A stretch of 64,000 nt of DNA from Alphaproteobacteria bacterium (GCA_965242855.1 OZ251509.1:2513648-2577647); one strand, 5' to 3'. Positions 1 to 12,042 are shown, counted from the stretch's first letter. Program-made: numbers and translations. Notes: generated from the letters alone by a model not told the origin.

Positions 1-672
1 TCCGAACCCGAGATCGTGAAGAAGGGCACGTTGGCCTCGCCCGCGATGGCGCGCGCCAGCAGCGTCTTGCCGGTGCCGGGCGGGCCGACCAACAGCACGC
101 CCTTGGGAATCTTGCCGCCGAGTCGCTGGAACTTCTGCGGGTCGCGCAGATATTCGACGATCTCCTCCAGCTCCTGCTTGGCCTCGTCGATGCCCGCCAC
201 GTCGTCGAAGGTCACCCGGCCCTGGCGCTCCGTCAGCAGGCGCGCCCGCGACTTGCCGAAGCCCATCGCCTTGCCGCCGCCCGACTGCATCTGGCGCATC
301 ATGAATATCCAGACGCCGATGAAGAGCAGAAGCGGGAACCAGGATATGAGAATGCCGACGATGCTGAGCCCGCCCTCCTCGACCGGGACGGCGGCGATCT
401 GCACACCGTGCCGCCGCAGCGTCTTGACCAGATCCGGATCGTCCGGCGCGTAGGTGTTGAAGGCGGCACCGTTGGTGTAGTGGCCGGTGATGGTGTTGCC
501 CTGGATCGTCACGTCCTGGACCTGCCCGGACTCGACTTCGGCCATAAATTGGGAGAACGCCAGATCGGTGGAGGTCTGCCGCGAGGACGACCCCTGGAAG
601 ACCTGGAAGAGCGCGACCAGCACCAGCCCGATGATGATCCAAAGCGCCAGATTCTTGCCGAAATTACCCACC
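1..672 (-). CDS. ftsH: ATP-dependent zinc metalloprotease FtsH, N-terminal part. The gene continues beyond the window start.
   Basis: The reverse complement encodes a transmembrane N-terminus followed by an AAA Walker A region ([31 protein letters not shown]). The start codon is GTG at 672 with a GGAGG ribosome-binding site. The six-frame ORF track does not list this gene. Confidence 0.88.
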
Positions 673-782
673 GCTCGGCCTCCGGTTGTCTCCCCGACGG
701 CTGCCGCCCGGCAACGCCGCCGTTATCGGCCGCGCCGGCGCGCGGGATGCCCCGCCGCACGCCAGTCTACACGACATTCGCC

Positions 783-2210
783 TCATGAGCGACCGCTCGT
801 TCCGGCCCCGTCGCCGCCGACGCGAAGGGTCGCCGGCAGCCCCGGCGCCAGCGGCCGCGGCGGGCGGAACGCCGCCTCGAAGCGCACGGGCGCGGCGCGG
901 CGCGCCTCCCGCCCGAATCCCAGATGGGGGACCGCCAGCGGCTCGTCAAGGCCGAACAGGGCGGGCAGGGACGGACGCGCCGGGGCAGGAACGCGGTCGG
1001 TGTGGAGTGACCTGCCCACCTCCCGCGCCAGCGCGCGAATCCGGGCTAGGCCGTCCACGCCCAGCCGGCGCACGCGGAACGGCCCGCGCCCCTCCGCGGG
1101 CCCCAGGGAGACGACGAAGCGGCGGTCCCAGAGCGCGCGTTCGCCGGGAGCCAGGGAACGGACATCGGACGCCGCCGCCGGCTCCCGGCAAACGACGATG
1201 CCGCCGCCCTGCGGGACCAGACGACATCCGCCGAGCGTCGCCGCCTGCGGGTCGGTGCCCAGCAACCGGGGCGCGAGCCGCTCCAGCCGTTCCTGCCGCG
1301 GCGGATGGAGCGCGCCGCCGACCGTGGCGATGGTGCGGGCCAGCGCGCGCAACGCGAGCGCCGACGGCGCCGCCCGCAACGCGCGCCGCTCCAGGACCAC
1401 GAAGCCGGCCGGCGACGGGCGGGCGCAGCGGGCCAGCAGAGCGCCGCAGAGCCGGTCCAGAGCGGCGCGGTCCGCCGCCGCGCGGCCGGCGGTGCGCGCC
1501 AGCCGGGCCGCGCTCATCCCCTCGGCTTCGAGCAGGGCCTCGACGCGCGCCAGGCGCGGGCGTGCATGGCGCGCGTCGCGGTTGGAGCGGTCGTCGATCC
1601 ACGGCTGGCCCCACAGGCGGAGGGTCGCGGTCAGCGCCTCCCGAGGCACCGCGAGGAGCGGCCGCAGCAGGCGGACGCCGCCGCCGTCGGCCTCCAGCGC
1701 GAGGCGGACCGGGGCCATCGCCGCGAGCCCGTCGACGCCGCTGCCATGCGCGAGGCGTTGCAGCACCGTCCCGGCCTGATCCTCCCGCTGATGGCCGAGG
1801 AAGAGATGGAGGACGCGCGCGCGCCGGCACCAGTCGGCCAGGAGGGAGAGGCGGGCGGCGCGCGCCCTTTCCTGGAGCCGGCCGCCGGGCCGGGCGCCGG
1901 ACCAACGCAGCGTCTGGTGGGCGATGTCGCGCGCCGCGAGCCAGCACCGGACCTGGACGGCTTCCGCGCCCGATTCGGGACGCAGGCGGTGATCGACGGT
2001 CAGCCCGTACACCACGCCGCCGCGGGCCCGGGCCCAGCGCGCGGCGAGCAGGCACAACGCCAAGCTATCCGGGCCGCCCGAGACCGCGACGGCGATGCGC
2101 GGCGCCGGTTCGAACGGGCCGAGCGGCGCCAGCAACGCCTCGAAGGAACGCGCATCGACCGGAGCGCCCGTCCCCGCCCCGTCGGGCGCGACGATGCGAG
2201 GCTTGGCCAT
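783..2210 (-). CDS. tilS: tRNA(Ile)-lysidine synthetase
   Basis: PP-loop SGGxDS motif (AVSGGPDSLAL). The ATG at 2210 gives MAKPRIVAPDG. The 297-aa stretch upstream in the track ORF is a GC-driven artefact. The gene sits in the conserved ybgF-tilS-ftsH arrangement. Confidence 0.82.
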   Translation of the reverse strand: MAKPRIVAPDGAGTGAPVDARSFEALLAPLGPFEPAPRIAVAVSGGPDSLALCLLAARWARARGGVVYGLTVDHRLRPESGAEAVQVRCWLAARDIAHQTLRWSGARPGGRLQERARAARLSLLADWCRRARVLHLFLGHQREDQAGTVLQRLAHGSGVDGLAAMAPVRLALEADGGGVRLLRPLLAVPREALTATLRLWGQPWIDDRSNRDARHARPRLARVEALLEAEGMSAARLARTAGRAAADRAALDRLCGALLARCARPSPAGFVVLERRALRAAPSALALRALARTIATVGGALHPPRQERLERLAPRLLGTDPQAATLGGCRLVPQGGGIVVCREPAAASDVRSLAPGERALWDRRFVVSLGPAEGRGPFRVRRLGVDGLARIRALAREVGRSLHTDRVPAPARPSLPALFGLDEPLAVPHLGFGREARRAAPVRFEAAFRPPRPLAPGLPATLRVGGDGAGTSGRS

Positions 2211-2230
2211 GCGCGGCGGCCTCGCCGGGC

Positions 2231-3172
2231 TCAGGAGCAGCCGGCTTGCGTCTGCCCCTGCCGTGCCGCCCGTCGAATGTTGACGGGCATTTCGGGGAAG
2301 GTCTGATCGAGCTGGGCGAAGGTCCGGCACGCCTCCGCGGCGCGCCCGTCCTTGAGCAGCGCCAAACCGAGCTTGACCATGTTGTCGGGCGCCTTGCGCC
2401 CCTCCTGCCCGAAGCGTCGGATGTTGAGCGCGTAGGCGCGCGCCGCGTCGGCGAACATCTGTCTGGCGTAGAAGGTCTCGCTGCGCCAATAGGCCGCGTC
2501 TTCCGCGAGCGGGTGTTCGGGATTCTCCTCGACGAAGCGCGCCAGCAGGTCGTGGGCTTCCTCGTACCGCGCCTCCTGGAGCAGGCCGAACGCCCGGTCG
2601 TATCGCTCCTCCGGCGTTCCCGTCGTCGACGCGGCGCTCCGCGCGGACGGCGCGGCCTCCGCGCCTCCCTCCTCCGGCGGCGGCGCGCCGGGATCGCGGG
2701 ACGCGGCGGAGGGCGCGGTGCCTGCCTCCGGCGCGTCCGTCCCGACCGGCGCTTCCGGCGCCCGCTCGAGCGCGGACAGCCTCACGTCGACGTCGGCAAC
2801 CAGGCGCTCGATACGGCCTTCGAGGCGGCGGATCATGTTTTCGAGCTCGTCGAAGCGGCCGGCCGCGTGCCGCCGCCATTCCTCCGCTCGGTCGCTCGCC
2901 GTCTCGGCCACAGCCAAGCGCCGGCTCAACCGTTCGTAGCGCCCGTCGGGCGGCCCTTCGCCGGAGGCGGCGCGGGGCGGTAGATCCGCGTCGCGGTAGA
3001 TCACCCGTTCCACGTCGACGAGCCGCTCGCGCAGGCCGTCGATCTGGTTTTTGAGGTCGTCGTCCAGATCGGACGCCAGCCCCGCCCCGGCGGTGGCGCA
3101 TGTCAGAGCCGCCGCCAGCACCGCGACCGCCCTCCGCGCCCGCGCGCCGACCGTCGCTCCGCCGCGCATCAC
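2231..3172 (-). CDS. cpoB: Tol-Pal system protein CpoB/YbgF (coiled-coil plus TPR)
   Basis: Signal peptide, a coiled-coil region and a C-terminal TPR-like segment. The gene lies immediately downstream of pal. Confidence 0.75.
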   Translation of the reverse strand: MMRGGATVGARARRAVAVLAAALTCATAGAGLASDLDDDLKNQIDGLRERLVDVERVIYRDADLPPRAASGEGPPDGRYERLSRRLAVAETASDRAEEWRRHAAGRFDELENMIRRLEGRIERLVADVDVRLSALERAPEAPVGTDAPEAGTAPSAASRDPGAPPPEEGGAEAAPSARSAASTTGTPEERYDRAFGLLQEARYEEAHDLLARFVEENPEHPLAEDAAYWRSETFYARQMFADAARAYALNIRRFGQEGRKAPDNMVKLGLALLKDGRAAEACRTFAQLDQTFPEMPVNIRRAARQGQTQAGCS

Positions 3173-3197
3173 ACCCCCGGCCGCGGGCGCCCCGCCC

Positions 3198-3794
3198 CTA
3201 TTCGATGACGGACACGGCGCGCCGGTTGAGCGCCCATGCCTCTTCGTCGTGGCCCAGGGCGTAGGGCCGCTCCTTGCCGTAGGAGATCGTCCGCAACCGC
3301 GACGGCGCGATTCCGTACGTGATCAGATATTCGCGCACCGCGTTGGCGCGCCGCTCGCCCAACGCCAAGTTGTATTCGCGCGTTCCGCGTTCGTCACAAT
3401 GGCCCTCGATGACGAGTCGAAGCTCGGGGTAGAGCCCGAGCCATTCGGCCTGCCGCTCCAGCGTCTGGCGGGCGTCCGGCAGGAGGACGGCGCTGTCGAG
3501 GTCGAAGAAGATCCGGTCGCCGACGTTATGGACCAGCTCTTCCTGCGTTCCCGGCGGTGGCCGGCTCGGGTCGAGGGCCGCGACCTGTTCGGACTCGACG
3601 CCCGGCTCCCCCGCCGTCCCCTCCTGGCCCGTCGCGGCGCCGCCCTCCATGTCGGAGATGGACGCGCCCGCGTCCCCGGTGGCACCGTCGGGGCGCGGGG
3701 AGCCGCTCGGCGCGCTTTGGCAGGCGGCCAGCGCAAGAGCCGCCAGAAGCGGCAGGATCAGTCCTCGTGACATTCGCTCGCTCCCTTTCGTCAA
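3198..3794 (-). CDS. pal: Peptidoglycan-associated lipoprotein Pal (OmpA-like domain)
   Basis: Lipobox LALAAC and an OmpA C-terminal motif (EGHCDERGTREYNLALGERRANAV). An alternative start lies at 3773. Confidence 0.9.
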   Translation of the reverse strand: MTKGSERMSRGLILPLLAALALAACQSAPSGSPRPDGATGDAGASISDMEGGAATGQEGTAGEPGVESEQVAALDPSRPPPGTQEELVHNVGDRIFFDLDSAVLLPDARQTLERQAEWLGLYPELRLVIEGHCDERGTREYNLALGERRANAVREYLITYGIAPSRLRTISYGKERPYALGHDEEAWALNRRAVSVIE

Positions 3795-3831
3795 GAGAGA
3801 ACCGGCATCCGACAGCTATAACTTTGCGCCG

Positions 3832-5181
3832 TCACGGTATCAAGGGCGACCAGGCCGGGTCCGACGCGGCGGTCGTCGTGAAGAGGATGCGTTCGTTGCG
3901 CCCGGTCACGTCGATGGTCACCAGCTCGGCGCTGTCGGGAGAACGGGAGCTCTGCCGGAAGAACATGAGAACCCGCCCGTTCGGCGCCCAGGTGGGGCCT
4001 TCGACCAGATAATCCTGCGAGAGGATGCGCTCGCCAGAACCGTCCGGTTCGATGACCCCGATCGAGAACACACCGCGGTGGCTCTTGGTGAAGGCGATGA
4101 GGTCGCCGCGCGGAGACCAGACCGGGGTTCCGTACCGCCCTTCGCCGAAGGTGATGCGCCGGGCGTCCGTCCCGTCGCGCCGCATCACGTAGATCTGCTG
4201 GCTGCCGCCCCGGTCCGATTCGAACACGATGAATGCGCCGTCGGGCGCGTAGGACGGCGCGGTCTCGATCGCCGGGTTGTCCGTGAGCCGCGAGACGTTT
4301 CGCGACCGCAGATCCATCTCGTAGATCTCGGAATTGCCGTCCCGCGCCATGGTCATGACGACGCTGTTGCCGTCCGGCGAAAAGCGCGGCGCGAAGGTCA
4401 TGCCCGGGAAATCGCCCAGAAGCTCCTGCTGGCCGGTGTCGATATCGCGCAGATAGACCTTGGGAACGCCGCGCTCGTAGGAGAGATAGGTGATCTCCTG
4501 GGCGGTCGGCGAAAACCGGGGCGTCAGCACCAAATGGTCGCCGTTCGACAGGAAGCGCAGATCGTCGCCGTCCTGATCCATGATCGCGAGCCGCTTGATC
4601 CGCCGGTCGAGCGGCCCAGTTTCGGCGACATAGACGATGCGGGTGTCGAAATAACCGGTCTCGCCGGTCAGCCGCTCGTAGATCGCGTCGGACATCTTGT
4701 GGGCGATGCGCCGCCACGCTTCCGCCGCGCCGCTCAGGCGGAGCCCCAGCAGGTGCTGCTCGGCGAACACGTCCCACAGGCGGAACTCGACGGAGAGCCC
4801 TCCGGCCTCGCCGCCCTGGACTTGGCCGGTCACGAGCGCCTGCGCGTTGACGAGACGCCAATCCGAGAATCCCGGCCGACGCGCCGGGTCGTTTTCCTCC
4901 CGGAGGAAGGCGGCCGGATCGAGCGGGCGGAAAAGGCCGGAGCGCTCGAGGTTGCGCGCGACCACCTCCGCGATCCTGCGGCCCGTCTCCGCCTCGGCGA
5001 GACCGGTGATCGCGATGGGCAGGGGCTCCACGTGGCCGCGCGTGATGTCGATCGTCAGATCGGCGCGAGCATCGGCGGCGAACCCGGCGAGGAGCAGCGG
5101 CAAGGCAAGGGCGGCCGCACGCGGCATGCGGCAGCCGGTCGCGCCGGCGAAAGACCGGATCATCTTCGGCAGTGGTTTCAT
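3832..5181 (-). CDS. tolB: Tol-Pal system beta-propeller protein TolB
   Basis: The ATG at 5181 gives [10 protein letters not shown] plus a signal peptide, followed by TolB N-terminal and WD40-like repeats. The 116-aa upstream extension in the track is an artefact. Confidence 0.9.
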   Translation of the reverse strand: MKPLPKMIRSFAGATGCRMPRAAALALPLLLAGFAADARADLTIDITRGHVEPLPIAITGLAEAETGRRIAEVVARNLERSGLFRPLDPAAFLREENDPARRPGFSDWRLVNAQALVTGQVQGGEAGGLSVEFRLWDVFAEQHLLGLRLSGAAEAWRRIAHKMSDAIYERLTGETGYFDTRIVYVAETGPLDRRIKRLAIMDQDGDDLRFLSNGDHLVLTPRFSPTAQEITYLSYERGVPKVYLRDIDTGQQELLGDFPGMTFAPRFSPDGNSVVMTMARDGNSEIYEMDLRSRNVSRLTDNPAIETAPSYAPDGAFIVFESDRGGSQQIYVMRRDGTDARRITFGEGRYGTPVWSPRGDLIAFTKSHRGVFSIGVIEPDGSGERILSQDYLVEGPTWAPNGRVLMFFRQSSRSPDSAELVTIDVTGRNERILFTTTAASDPAWSPLIP

Positions 5182-5228
5182 CGTCGGACCATCATTCCTT
5201 CTTCGGGTCGAACCGGGAGCGGCGCTCG

Positions 5229-6303
5229 TCATACCGGTGGCTCGAACGTCATCGTGATGTCGCTCCACTGTTCGTAGTCGTCGCCGTGCGGTGTCAGGAC
5301 TTCGAACGGGCTGGCCGTCAGCACCGCGCGCCGGGCGCTCTCGGCCATGATGCGGAAACTGCCGCCGGCGGCGCGGCCGTCCTCCACGATCTCGGTGCTG
5401 AGAACGGTGCCGTCCCGGGCGAGCTGGATGCGCAGCGTCACCACCATCCGGGCGGCGTCGCGCACGCCCGCGGGCACGCTCCAACTCGCCTCGACCTTCC
5501 GCTTGATGGCGCCGGCCAGGGTCTGCCACAATTGTAGGTCGTCACCGGGCGTCGCCTGTTTCGGGACGGCGTCGGCCTCTCCTTCCCCTGGCAAGGCGAC
5601 CTCTTCGAGGAGTTCTTCGAAAGACGAGTCCTCGTCCAGCGGCGGCGCGGCGGGCGCCTCGGCGTCTTCCTCGGCGATGCTCTTGAGCAGCGTGTCGAAC
5701 GGCGCGGGCGGCTTGGCGGACGGCGGGAGCGGCGGCGGCGCGACGGGCGGAGGCTCCGCTTCCGGTTCCGCAGCCGGCGCGGGCGCCGGTTCCGGTGCGG
5801 GCGCGGGAACGGGCGGCTGCGGTTCGGGCTCCGACGGGAGCGCCGCCATCTGGGGCGGCGGCTCGGGAAGAGATGTCGGTTCCGGTTCGGGCGCGGGTTC
5901 CGGTGTCGCGACCGGCGCCGGTTCGGGGACGGGCGCAGGCTCGGGGGCCGACGCCGCAACCGATTCGGGAGCAGGTTCGGGCTCGGGGGCTGGCTCCGTG
6001 ACAGGCTCGGGCACCGGCGCAGGCTCGGGGACGGGCTCCGCGACCAGCTCGGGAACAGGCGTGGGTTCAGGGGCCGGCTCCACGATCGGTTCGGGCATCG
6101 GCGCGGGTTCCTCGGCCGGCGGCGGTTCCGGCGTCGCGCGCGACTCCGGTTCGAGCTCCGGCGGCGACGCTTCATCGACGATCGCGACCACGCTGACGAC
6201 GATCGGCTCGTCGAGCGCGTCGCTCTCGAAGAGACTCGGCAGGCCAAGCACGACGGCGAGCACGACGCCGACATGCAGGAGGACGGAAAAGAACCAGCCG
6301 CCC

Positions 6304-6311
<8 letters not shown>
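5229..6311 (-). CDS. tolA: Cell envelope integrity protein TolA with a proline-rich spacer
   Basis: N-terminal transmembrane anchor, a long PEPAPEPxP repeat region, and a C-terminal TolA domain III-like segment. Its position between tolR and tolB fits the conserved operon. Confidence 0.75.
5666..6161 (-). repeat. In-frame low-complexity PEPAPEP-encoding repeats within tolA
   Basis: Reiterated ccg-gag-ccc / gcg-ccc-gaa codon units encoding more than 150 aa of P/E/A-rich sequence. Confidence 0.7.
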
Positions 6312-6743
<432 letters not shown>

Positions 6744-6744
<1 letters not shown>

Positions 6745-7478
6745 CAGACGGCGCGCTCCTCGAGCTGGCGGCCGAGAAGCGCGCGGAACTCGGTGCCGAA
6801 CGCTTCGAGCCGGGTGGTGTAGCGATCGAGATCGCCGCTGAGCTTGTTATAGGCGACGACCGCCGGGATCGCGGCGACCAGGCCGAGGGCGGTCGCGAAC
6901 AGCGCCTCGGCGATGCCCGGCGCGACCACGGCGAGCGAGGTGTCCTTGCTCGCCGCGATCGACTGGAAGCTGTTCATGATTCCCCAGACCGTCCCGAACA
7001 GGCCGACGAACGGCGCGGTCGAGCCGACCGTCGCGAGGAAGCCGAGATAGCGCTCGAGCCGATCCACCTCGCGGTTGAGCGCCACGTCCATGGCGTGGCC
7101 GATGCGGCGCTGCAAGCTCTCTAGCCGGTCCGCCGACATCCGCGTACCCCGGCTCGCGAACCGCCGCCACTCGCCCATCGCGGAGGCGAAGAGCATGGTC
7201 ATCGGGTGGCTGCGCCGCCCGACGATGCTCTCGTAAAGCTGCTCCAGGGAGCCGCCGGACCAGAAATCGCGCTCGAACTCCTCCGCCAGCCGGCGCGCCC
7301 GGCGGTAGCGGAGGGACTTGTCGAAGATGATCGCCCAACTCCACAGGGACGCGAGCAGAAGGGCGACGATGACGGCCTTCACGACGACGTCGGCCTGCAT
7401 GAACAGGCTCCACAGCGACAGGCTGTCGGCCATGGCGCCGGCGCCGATTTCGACGGCGCGCACAAAATCGGATTCCAT
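6744..7478 (-). CDS. tolQ: Tol-Pal system protein TolQ (MotA/TolQ/ExbB proton channel)
   Basis: Three transmembrane segments and TolQ signature residues. The likely true start is the ATG at 7433, giving MADSLSLWSLF. Confidence 0.85.
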
Positions 7479-7488
7479 CGTCTCCCCG

Positions 7489-7971
7489 CTAATGCCGGTC
7501 CGCTCGTTCCAGTCGCGACAACGCGCCGCGCACCGACGCCGGCAGCCGAACCGCCCGACCCCGGCGATCGACGCAGCCGAGCTTCAGGCCGATCGCGACC
7601 AGCAGAGCGCCGCCACGCACCACGTGCTGATCGGCGTCGATGTGCGCGCCCGCCACCTTGCCGATGGTGGTGCGCACCTGGATCGCGTCGTCCAACACCG
7701 CCGGCGCGCGATAGTCGGCGACGCAGCGCCTGACGACGAAGGCCACGCCGCTCTCGTCGCGAAGCGCGCCGTGCGCGACGTTCGCCGCGCGCATCATCTC
7801 GGTCCGCGCGCGCTCGGCGAATTTGAGGTAGTTGGCGTAATAGACGATGCCGCCGGCATCGGTGTCCTCGTGATAGACGCGGAGCGGATAGACGTGCTGG
7901 GCGCCCTCGAACCAGCCGGCACTCCCGGCGCCCCGCGCGGCCGCCGCGCCCGCTTCAATCGCCCGCGTCAT
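7489..7971 (-). CDS. ybgC: Tol-Pal-associated acyl-CoA thioesterase YbgC (4HBT fold)
   Basis: Hot-dog thioesterase motif ([16 protein letters not shown]). The gene sits first in the tol operon. Confidence 0.8.
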   Translation of the reverse strand: MTRAIEAGAAAARGAGSAGWFEGAQHVYPLRVYHEDTDAGGIVYYANYLKFAERARTEMMRAANVAHGALRDESGVAFVVRRCVADYRAPAVLDDAIQVRTTIGKVAGAHIDADQHVVRGGALLVAIGLKLGCVDRRGRAVRLPASVRGALSRLERADRH

Positions 7972-9001
7972 GGGCTTCCCCGAGCAGCGCGAGCTGGCCT
8001 GCCGCCGGCGGCGCCGACAGCCCCAGATGGCCGAAGCCGTGCAGGGTCAGCTGCCGGCCGCGCGGCGTACGCTGCACGAAACCGAGCTGGATCAGGAACG
8101 GCTCGACCACCTCCTCCAGCGCGTCGCGCTGTTCCGAAAGCGCCGCGGCGATCGTCTCGATCCCCACCGGGCCGCCGTCGTAGTTTTCCGCGATGCAGGC
8201 GAGATAGCGCCGGTCCATCGAATCGAGGCCCCGCCCATCGACCTCGAGTCGGTCGAGTGTCCGGTCGGCAAGGGCGGAATCGATCCTTTCGGTTCCGGCG
8301 ACCGCCGCGAAGTCGCGCACGCGCCGCAGGAGTCGGCCGGCGATGCGCGGCGTGCCGCGCGACCGCGCGGCGATTTCCGCCGCCCCGTCCGCGCTCAGCG
8401 ACACGCCGAGAAGGCGCGCGTTGCGCGTCACGATCTCGACCAGATCCTCCACGTCGTAGAAATCGAGCCTGAACGGGATGCCGAACCGCTCGCGGAGCGG
8501 CGTCGTGACCAGGCCCGTCCGCGTCGTCGCACCCACGAGGGTGAACGGCGGCAGGTCGATCCGCACCGAGCGCGCGCCCGGCCCTTCGCCGATGATCAGG
8601 TCGAGCTGCGCATCCTCCATGGCGGGATAGAGGATCTCCTCCACCGCCGGGTTGAGCCGGTGGATCTCGTCGACGAACAAGACGTCCCGATCGCCCAGGT
8701 TGGTCAGGATCGCCGCCAAGTCGCCGGCGCGGGCGACGACCGGCCCGGAGGTGACCCGCAGGCCGACGCCGAGCTCGCGGGCGATGATCTGCGCCAGCGT
8801 AGTCTTGCCGAGGCCAGGCGGCCCGTGGAACAGGACATGGTCGAGGGCTTCCCCGCGCTCCACGGCGGCGGCGATGAAGACCCGCAGGTTCTCGCGAACC
8901 GGCCGCTGCCCGATGAAATCGTCCAGCTTCTGCGGTCGCAGGCCGACATCGAACCGGTCGTCGGGCTCGGCGGCGCCGGCCACGATCCGGGATTCGCTCA
9001 T
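7955..9001 (-). CDS. ruvB: Holliday junction branch migration helicase RuvB
   Basis: Walker [12 protein letters not shown], Walker [11 protein letters not shown], and a RuvB C-terminal winged helix. The ATG at 9001 gives MSESRIV. The 231-aa upstream extension in the track is an artefact. Confidence 0.9.
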   Translation of the reverse strand: MSESRIVAGAAEPDDRFDVGLRPQKLDDFIGQRPVRENLRVFIAAAVERGEALDHVLFHGPPGLGKTTLAQIIARELGVGLRVTSGPVVARAGDLAAILTNLGDRDVLFVDEIHRLNPAVEEILYPAMEDAQLDLIIGEGPGARSVRIDLPPFTLVGATTRTGLVTTPLRERFGIPFRLDFYDVEDLVEIVTRNARLLGVSLSADGAAEIAARSRGTPRIAGRLLRRVRDFAAVAGTERIDSALADRTLDRLEVDGRGLDSMDRRYLACIAENYDGGPVGIETIAAALSEQRDALEEVVEPFLIQLGFVQRTPRGRQLTLHGFGHLGLSAPPAAGQLALLGEAHDAGD

Positions 9002-9600
9002 TGCGCGAGCTCCTTGAGCCCGGCCCTGATCAGCGCCTCGACCGGCGTGGCGCCGTCGAGCTTGCGGGCGGCTTCGGCAACCGCGCCCTGGGCCTCGCTC
9101 GGGCGGTAGCCGAGATTGACCAGCGCGGCGACCGCGTCCGCGCCGGACGCGCCGGCAGGCGAGGCGCCGGCGGCCGACGCACCCGGCGCAGCCGGCTGCG
9201 CCGGCACCTTGTCCCTGAGCTCGGCGAGGATGCGGGCCGCGAGCTTGGGCCCGACCCCAGGCGCGCGCGCCATGCCCGCCCTGTCCTGCGCGGCGATGCA
9301 ATGGGCCAATTCCTGAGCGGGGAGAGCACCCAGAATCGCGAGGGCTAGGCGCGCGCCGACGCTCTGCACCGTCTGCAACAGCCGGAACCACGCGCGCTCC
9401 TGCTCGCTCGAGAAGCCGTAGAGGTGGATGTGGTCCGCGCGGACCACGGTCTCGACGGTCAGGCTCACCGTCTGTCCGGGCGCCGGCAGTTCGGCTAAGG
9501 TGCCGCTGGAGCAATAGGCGAGATAACCCACCCCGCCCACGTCCACCACGGCCCAGCCGTCGCCGATGCTGTCGAGGACCCCGCGCAGCTTCGCGATCAT
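8998..9600 (-). CDS. ruvA: Holliday junction DNA-binding protein RuvA
   Basis: MIAKLRGVL start, helix-hairpin-helix motifs, and an ATGA overlap with ruvB. Confidence 0.9.
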   Translation of the reverse strand: MIAKLRGVLDSIGDGWAVVDVGGVGYLAYCSSGTLAELPAPGQTVSLTVETVVRADHIHLYGFSSEQERAWFRLLQTVQSVGARLALAILGALPAQELAHCIAAQDRAGMARAPGVGPKLAARILAELRDKVPAQPAAPGASAAGASPAGASGADAVAALVNLGYRPSEAQGAVAEAARKLDGATPVEALIRAGLKELAQ

Positions 9601-10130
9601 CCGTCCGCCTCCGCGGCGGCGGCCAGCGCGGCCGCGTTCCAGCGCACCTGCGTGCCGGCCAGATGCGCATGGCAGATCGCGGCGGCCAGCGCATCGGTCG
9701 CGTCCGCCGGCGCTTCGCCGAGACCGGCCAGCAGACGGCGGACCATGAGCGCGACCTGCGCCTTGTCAGCGTGCCCGGCGCCGACCAGCGCCTTCTTGAT
9801 CCGGTTGGCGGCGTATTCGTAGACCGGCACGCCCGCGAGCGCCGGGACGAGGAGGACCACTCCTCGCGCGAGTCCGAGCTTGAGGGCCGATTGGGGGTTC
9901 CGGTTGACGAACGTCTCCTCGATCGCGGCTTCGTCGGGCGCGTAGCGGGCCACGACCCGGGTCAGGTCGTCGTGCAGCGCCCGCAGGCACTCGGGCACGC
10001 TCTCCGCGCCCTCCGTCGCCACCACGCCGTGGCCGACGTGCCGCAGGCGGTTGCCGGCGGTCTCGATCACGCCCCAGCCGGTCCGGCGGAGGCCCGGATC
10101 GAGGCCGATGAGACGCCGCGCGTCGCTCAT
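9597..10130 (-). CDS. ruvC: Crossover junction endodeoxyribonuclease RuvC
   Basis: RNase H-like fold with [15 protein letters not shown]. The probable start is at 10130. Confidence 0.85.
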   Translation of the reverse strand: MSDARRLIGLDPGLRRTGWGVIETAGNRLRHVGHGVVATEGAESVPECLRALHDDLTRVVARYAPDEAAIEETFVNRNPQSALKLGLARGVVLLVPALAGVPVYEYAANRIKKALVGAGHADKAQVALMVRRLLAGLGEAPADATDALAAAICHAHLAGTQVRWNAAALAAAAEADG

Positions 10131-10137
10131 CCCCGGC

Positions 10138-10890
10138 TCAGGCCGAGAGCCTGTGCAGGACATCCTCGGCCACGTCGTAGTTCGCCGATACCCGCTGGAC
10201 GTCGTCGCTGTCGTCGAGCGCCTCGAGCAGCTTGAAGACGTCCGCCGCCCGGGCCTCGTCGATGGGCACCGTCGTCTGCGGGCGCCAGCCGATCTCGACG
10301 CGCTCGGGCGCGCCGAACCGCGCGGACAGCGCCTCGCCGATCTCGCCCAGCGAATCCGGCGCGCAGGTGATCTCGTGCCCTTCCGGATCCAGTTCGCAAT
10401 CGTCCGCGCCGGCCTCCAGGGCGGCCTCGAACATGGCGTCCCCGCTCGCCGCCTCGAGCGGATAGCGGATCGTGCCGACGCGCCGGAACAGGTAGTTGAC
10501 GGAGCCCGACTCGCCCAGCGAGCCGCCGTGCCTGCCGAAGATCGAGCGTAGCGCGGCGGCGGTCCGGTTGCGGTTGTCGGTCAGCGCATCGACGATGACG
10601 GCGACTCCGCCCGGCGCAAAGCCCTCGTAGCTCAACGAGGCGAGGCGCGCGTGTTCGGAGTCCCCGCCCGCGGCCTTCTTGAGCGCGCGCTCGATGTTGC
10701 CCCTGGGCACGCTCTGCGCCTTCGCCGTGGCGACCGCCGCGCGCAGCCGGGGATTGTGCTCGGGGTCGGGCGCGCCTTCCCTGGCGGCGACGACGATCTC
10801 GCGAACCAGCTTGGTGAACCGCCGGGCCCGCTTCGCGTCCTGCGCGCCCTTGCGGTACATGATGTTCGCCCATTTGGAATGGCCGGCCAT
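10138..10890 (-). CDS. yebC: YebC/PmpR family DNA-binding transcriptional regulator
   Basis: MAGHSKWANI N-terminus, which is highly conserved in this family. Confidence 0.9.
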   Translation of the reverse strand: MAGHSKWANIMYRKGAQDAKRARRFTKLVREIVVAAREGAPDPEHNPRLRAAVATAKAQSVPRGNIERALKKAAGGDSEHARLASLSYEGFAPGGVAVIVDALTDNRNRTAAALRSIFGRHGGSLGESGSVNYLFRRVGTIRYPLEAASGDAMFEAALEAGADDCELDPEGHEITCAPDSLGEIGEALSARFGAPERVEIGWRPQTTVPIDEARAADVFKLLEALDDSDDVQRVSANYDVAEDVLHRLSA

Positions 10891-11070
10891 GGGGCGTCAC
10901 TCCGCCGGGGTGGGGAACGGCCGCAGGTATGGCGACTCGACGGTGCCTCGCATCGCTCCGTATAGGACGGTCATTGTGGCCGGAATAGGGCGATTCGCCC
11001 GAAGGGTTACACCGGCGTCCCCACCGCCGTCACCCCAAAACCGCACCGCCGCCATTCCGGCGCGCGGGTC

Positions 11071-11877
11071 TCAGGCGCCGTCGGCCTTCACGGCGACGAA
11101 GCGAAGCCGCGTGTAGTCGGCGATCCAGCGACCCGCCGGACAGAGTCGGGCGCGGCTCAGCGCGACCGTGCGCGCGACCACCGCCCGGGCCCGCCCCGCC
11201 GGCGCCGCGTCGGTGAAATTCCGGCCAAACATGGCGATCCAGTCGGCGAGCCCGTTCGGGCAATCGTCGAGCGGCGTCGGGCGGGCGAAGTAGCGCATGT
11301 AGGCCACCTCGAAGCCGCCGTCCTCCAATTGGCGCGCATAGCGGCCGGGACTCGGGAAATACCAGGGAAAACCCACCGCCTCGGCCGCCACTCCCTCCTC
11401 GGCCAGCGCCTTGTAGAGCGCGTCCGTGATGGTCTTGACGTTCTTGTAAGCGCCCATTTCGGCGACGAACCGCCCGCCCGGCCGGAGCGCCCGGGCCACG
11501 CGGGCGATCACCCGTCGGGGCTTCTTCATCCAGTGCAGCGCGGCGTTGGAGAAGACCGCGTCGGCGCGGCCGTCGATGGCGAAATCCCGCCCGTCGGCAT
11601 ACGCGAAGGCGAGACCGGGATGGCGGGCGCGGGCGCGGGCGATCATCGCCGCGTCACCGTCGATGCCGGTCACCGACGCGCCGCGCGCGGCGATCGCCGC
11701 GGTCAGCGCGCCGGTTCCGCAGCCCAGGTCGACGACGCGCTCGCCCGCCTTGGGCGCGAGCAGATCGACCATGTCGGTGCTCATGGCCGAGACGAAGCCG
11801 AACGAGCGGTCGTAGAGGGCGGCGTCCCACGCCGCGCCCGCCTCCGCACGGGCCCGCCTGTCGGCCAACGCCGTCAT
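11071..11877 (-). CDS. Class I SAM-dependent methyltransferase
   Basis: SAM-binding motif I (VVDLGCGTG). Confidence 0.65.
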   Translation of the reverse strand: MTALADRRARAEAGAAWDAALYDRSFGFVSAMSTDMVDLLAPKAGERVVDLGCGTGALTAAIAARGASVTGIDGDAAMIARARARHPGLAFAYADGRDFAIDGRADAVFSNAALHWMKKPRRVIARVARALRPGGRFVAEMGAYKNVKTITDALYKALAEEGVAAEAVGFPWYFPSPGRYARQLEDGGFEVAYMRYFARPTPLDDCPNGLADWIAMFGRNFTDAAPAGRARAVVARTVALSRARLCPAGRWIADYTRLRFVAVKADGA

Positions 11878-12042
11878 CGCCGCGAGGCAGCCCGCCCGGA
11901 CGACGCCGCGTCGGAATTACGGCCTGCTTCGCACCGTTCGCCCGCCGCCCGGTTCCGCGCCGGTTTCTTCATCGGCATCGCGCAGTCCCGCTCGCTCTCC
12001 CGGCGGAAGCTCCCGGTCACGCGCGCCGCCTTCCCGGGCCGC

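Noticed and set aside
686-2983. 765-aa plus-strand ORF and several other ORFs of 300-770 aa overlapping tilS and cpoB
   Set aside because: They are Arg/Pro/Ala-rich translations typical of alternative frames in 70% GC DNA. They run antisense or out of frame to clearly homologous genes.
2211-3101. N-terminal 297-aa extension of the tilS ORF
   Set aside because: It is low-complexity RRP-rich sequence and overlaps the genuine cpoB gene. The TilS homology begins at the ATG at 2210.
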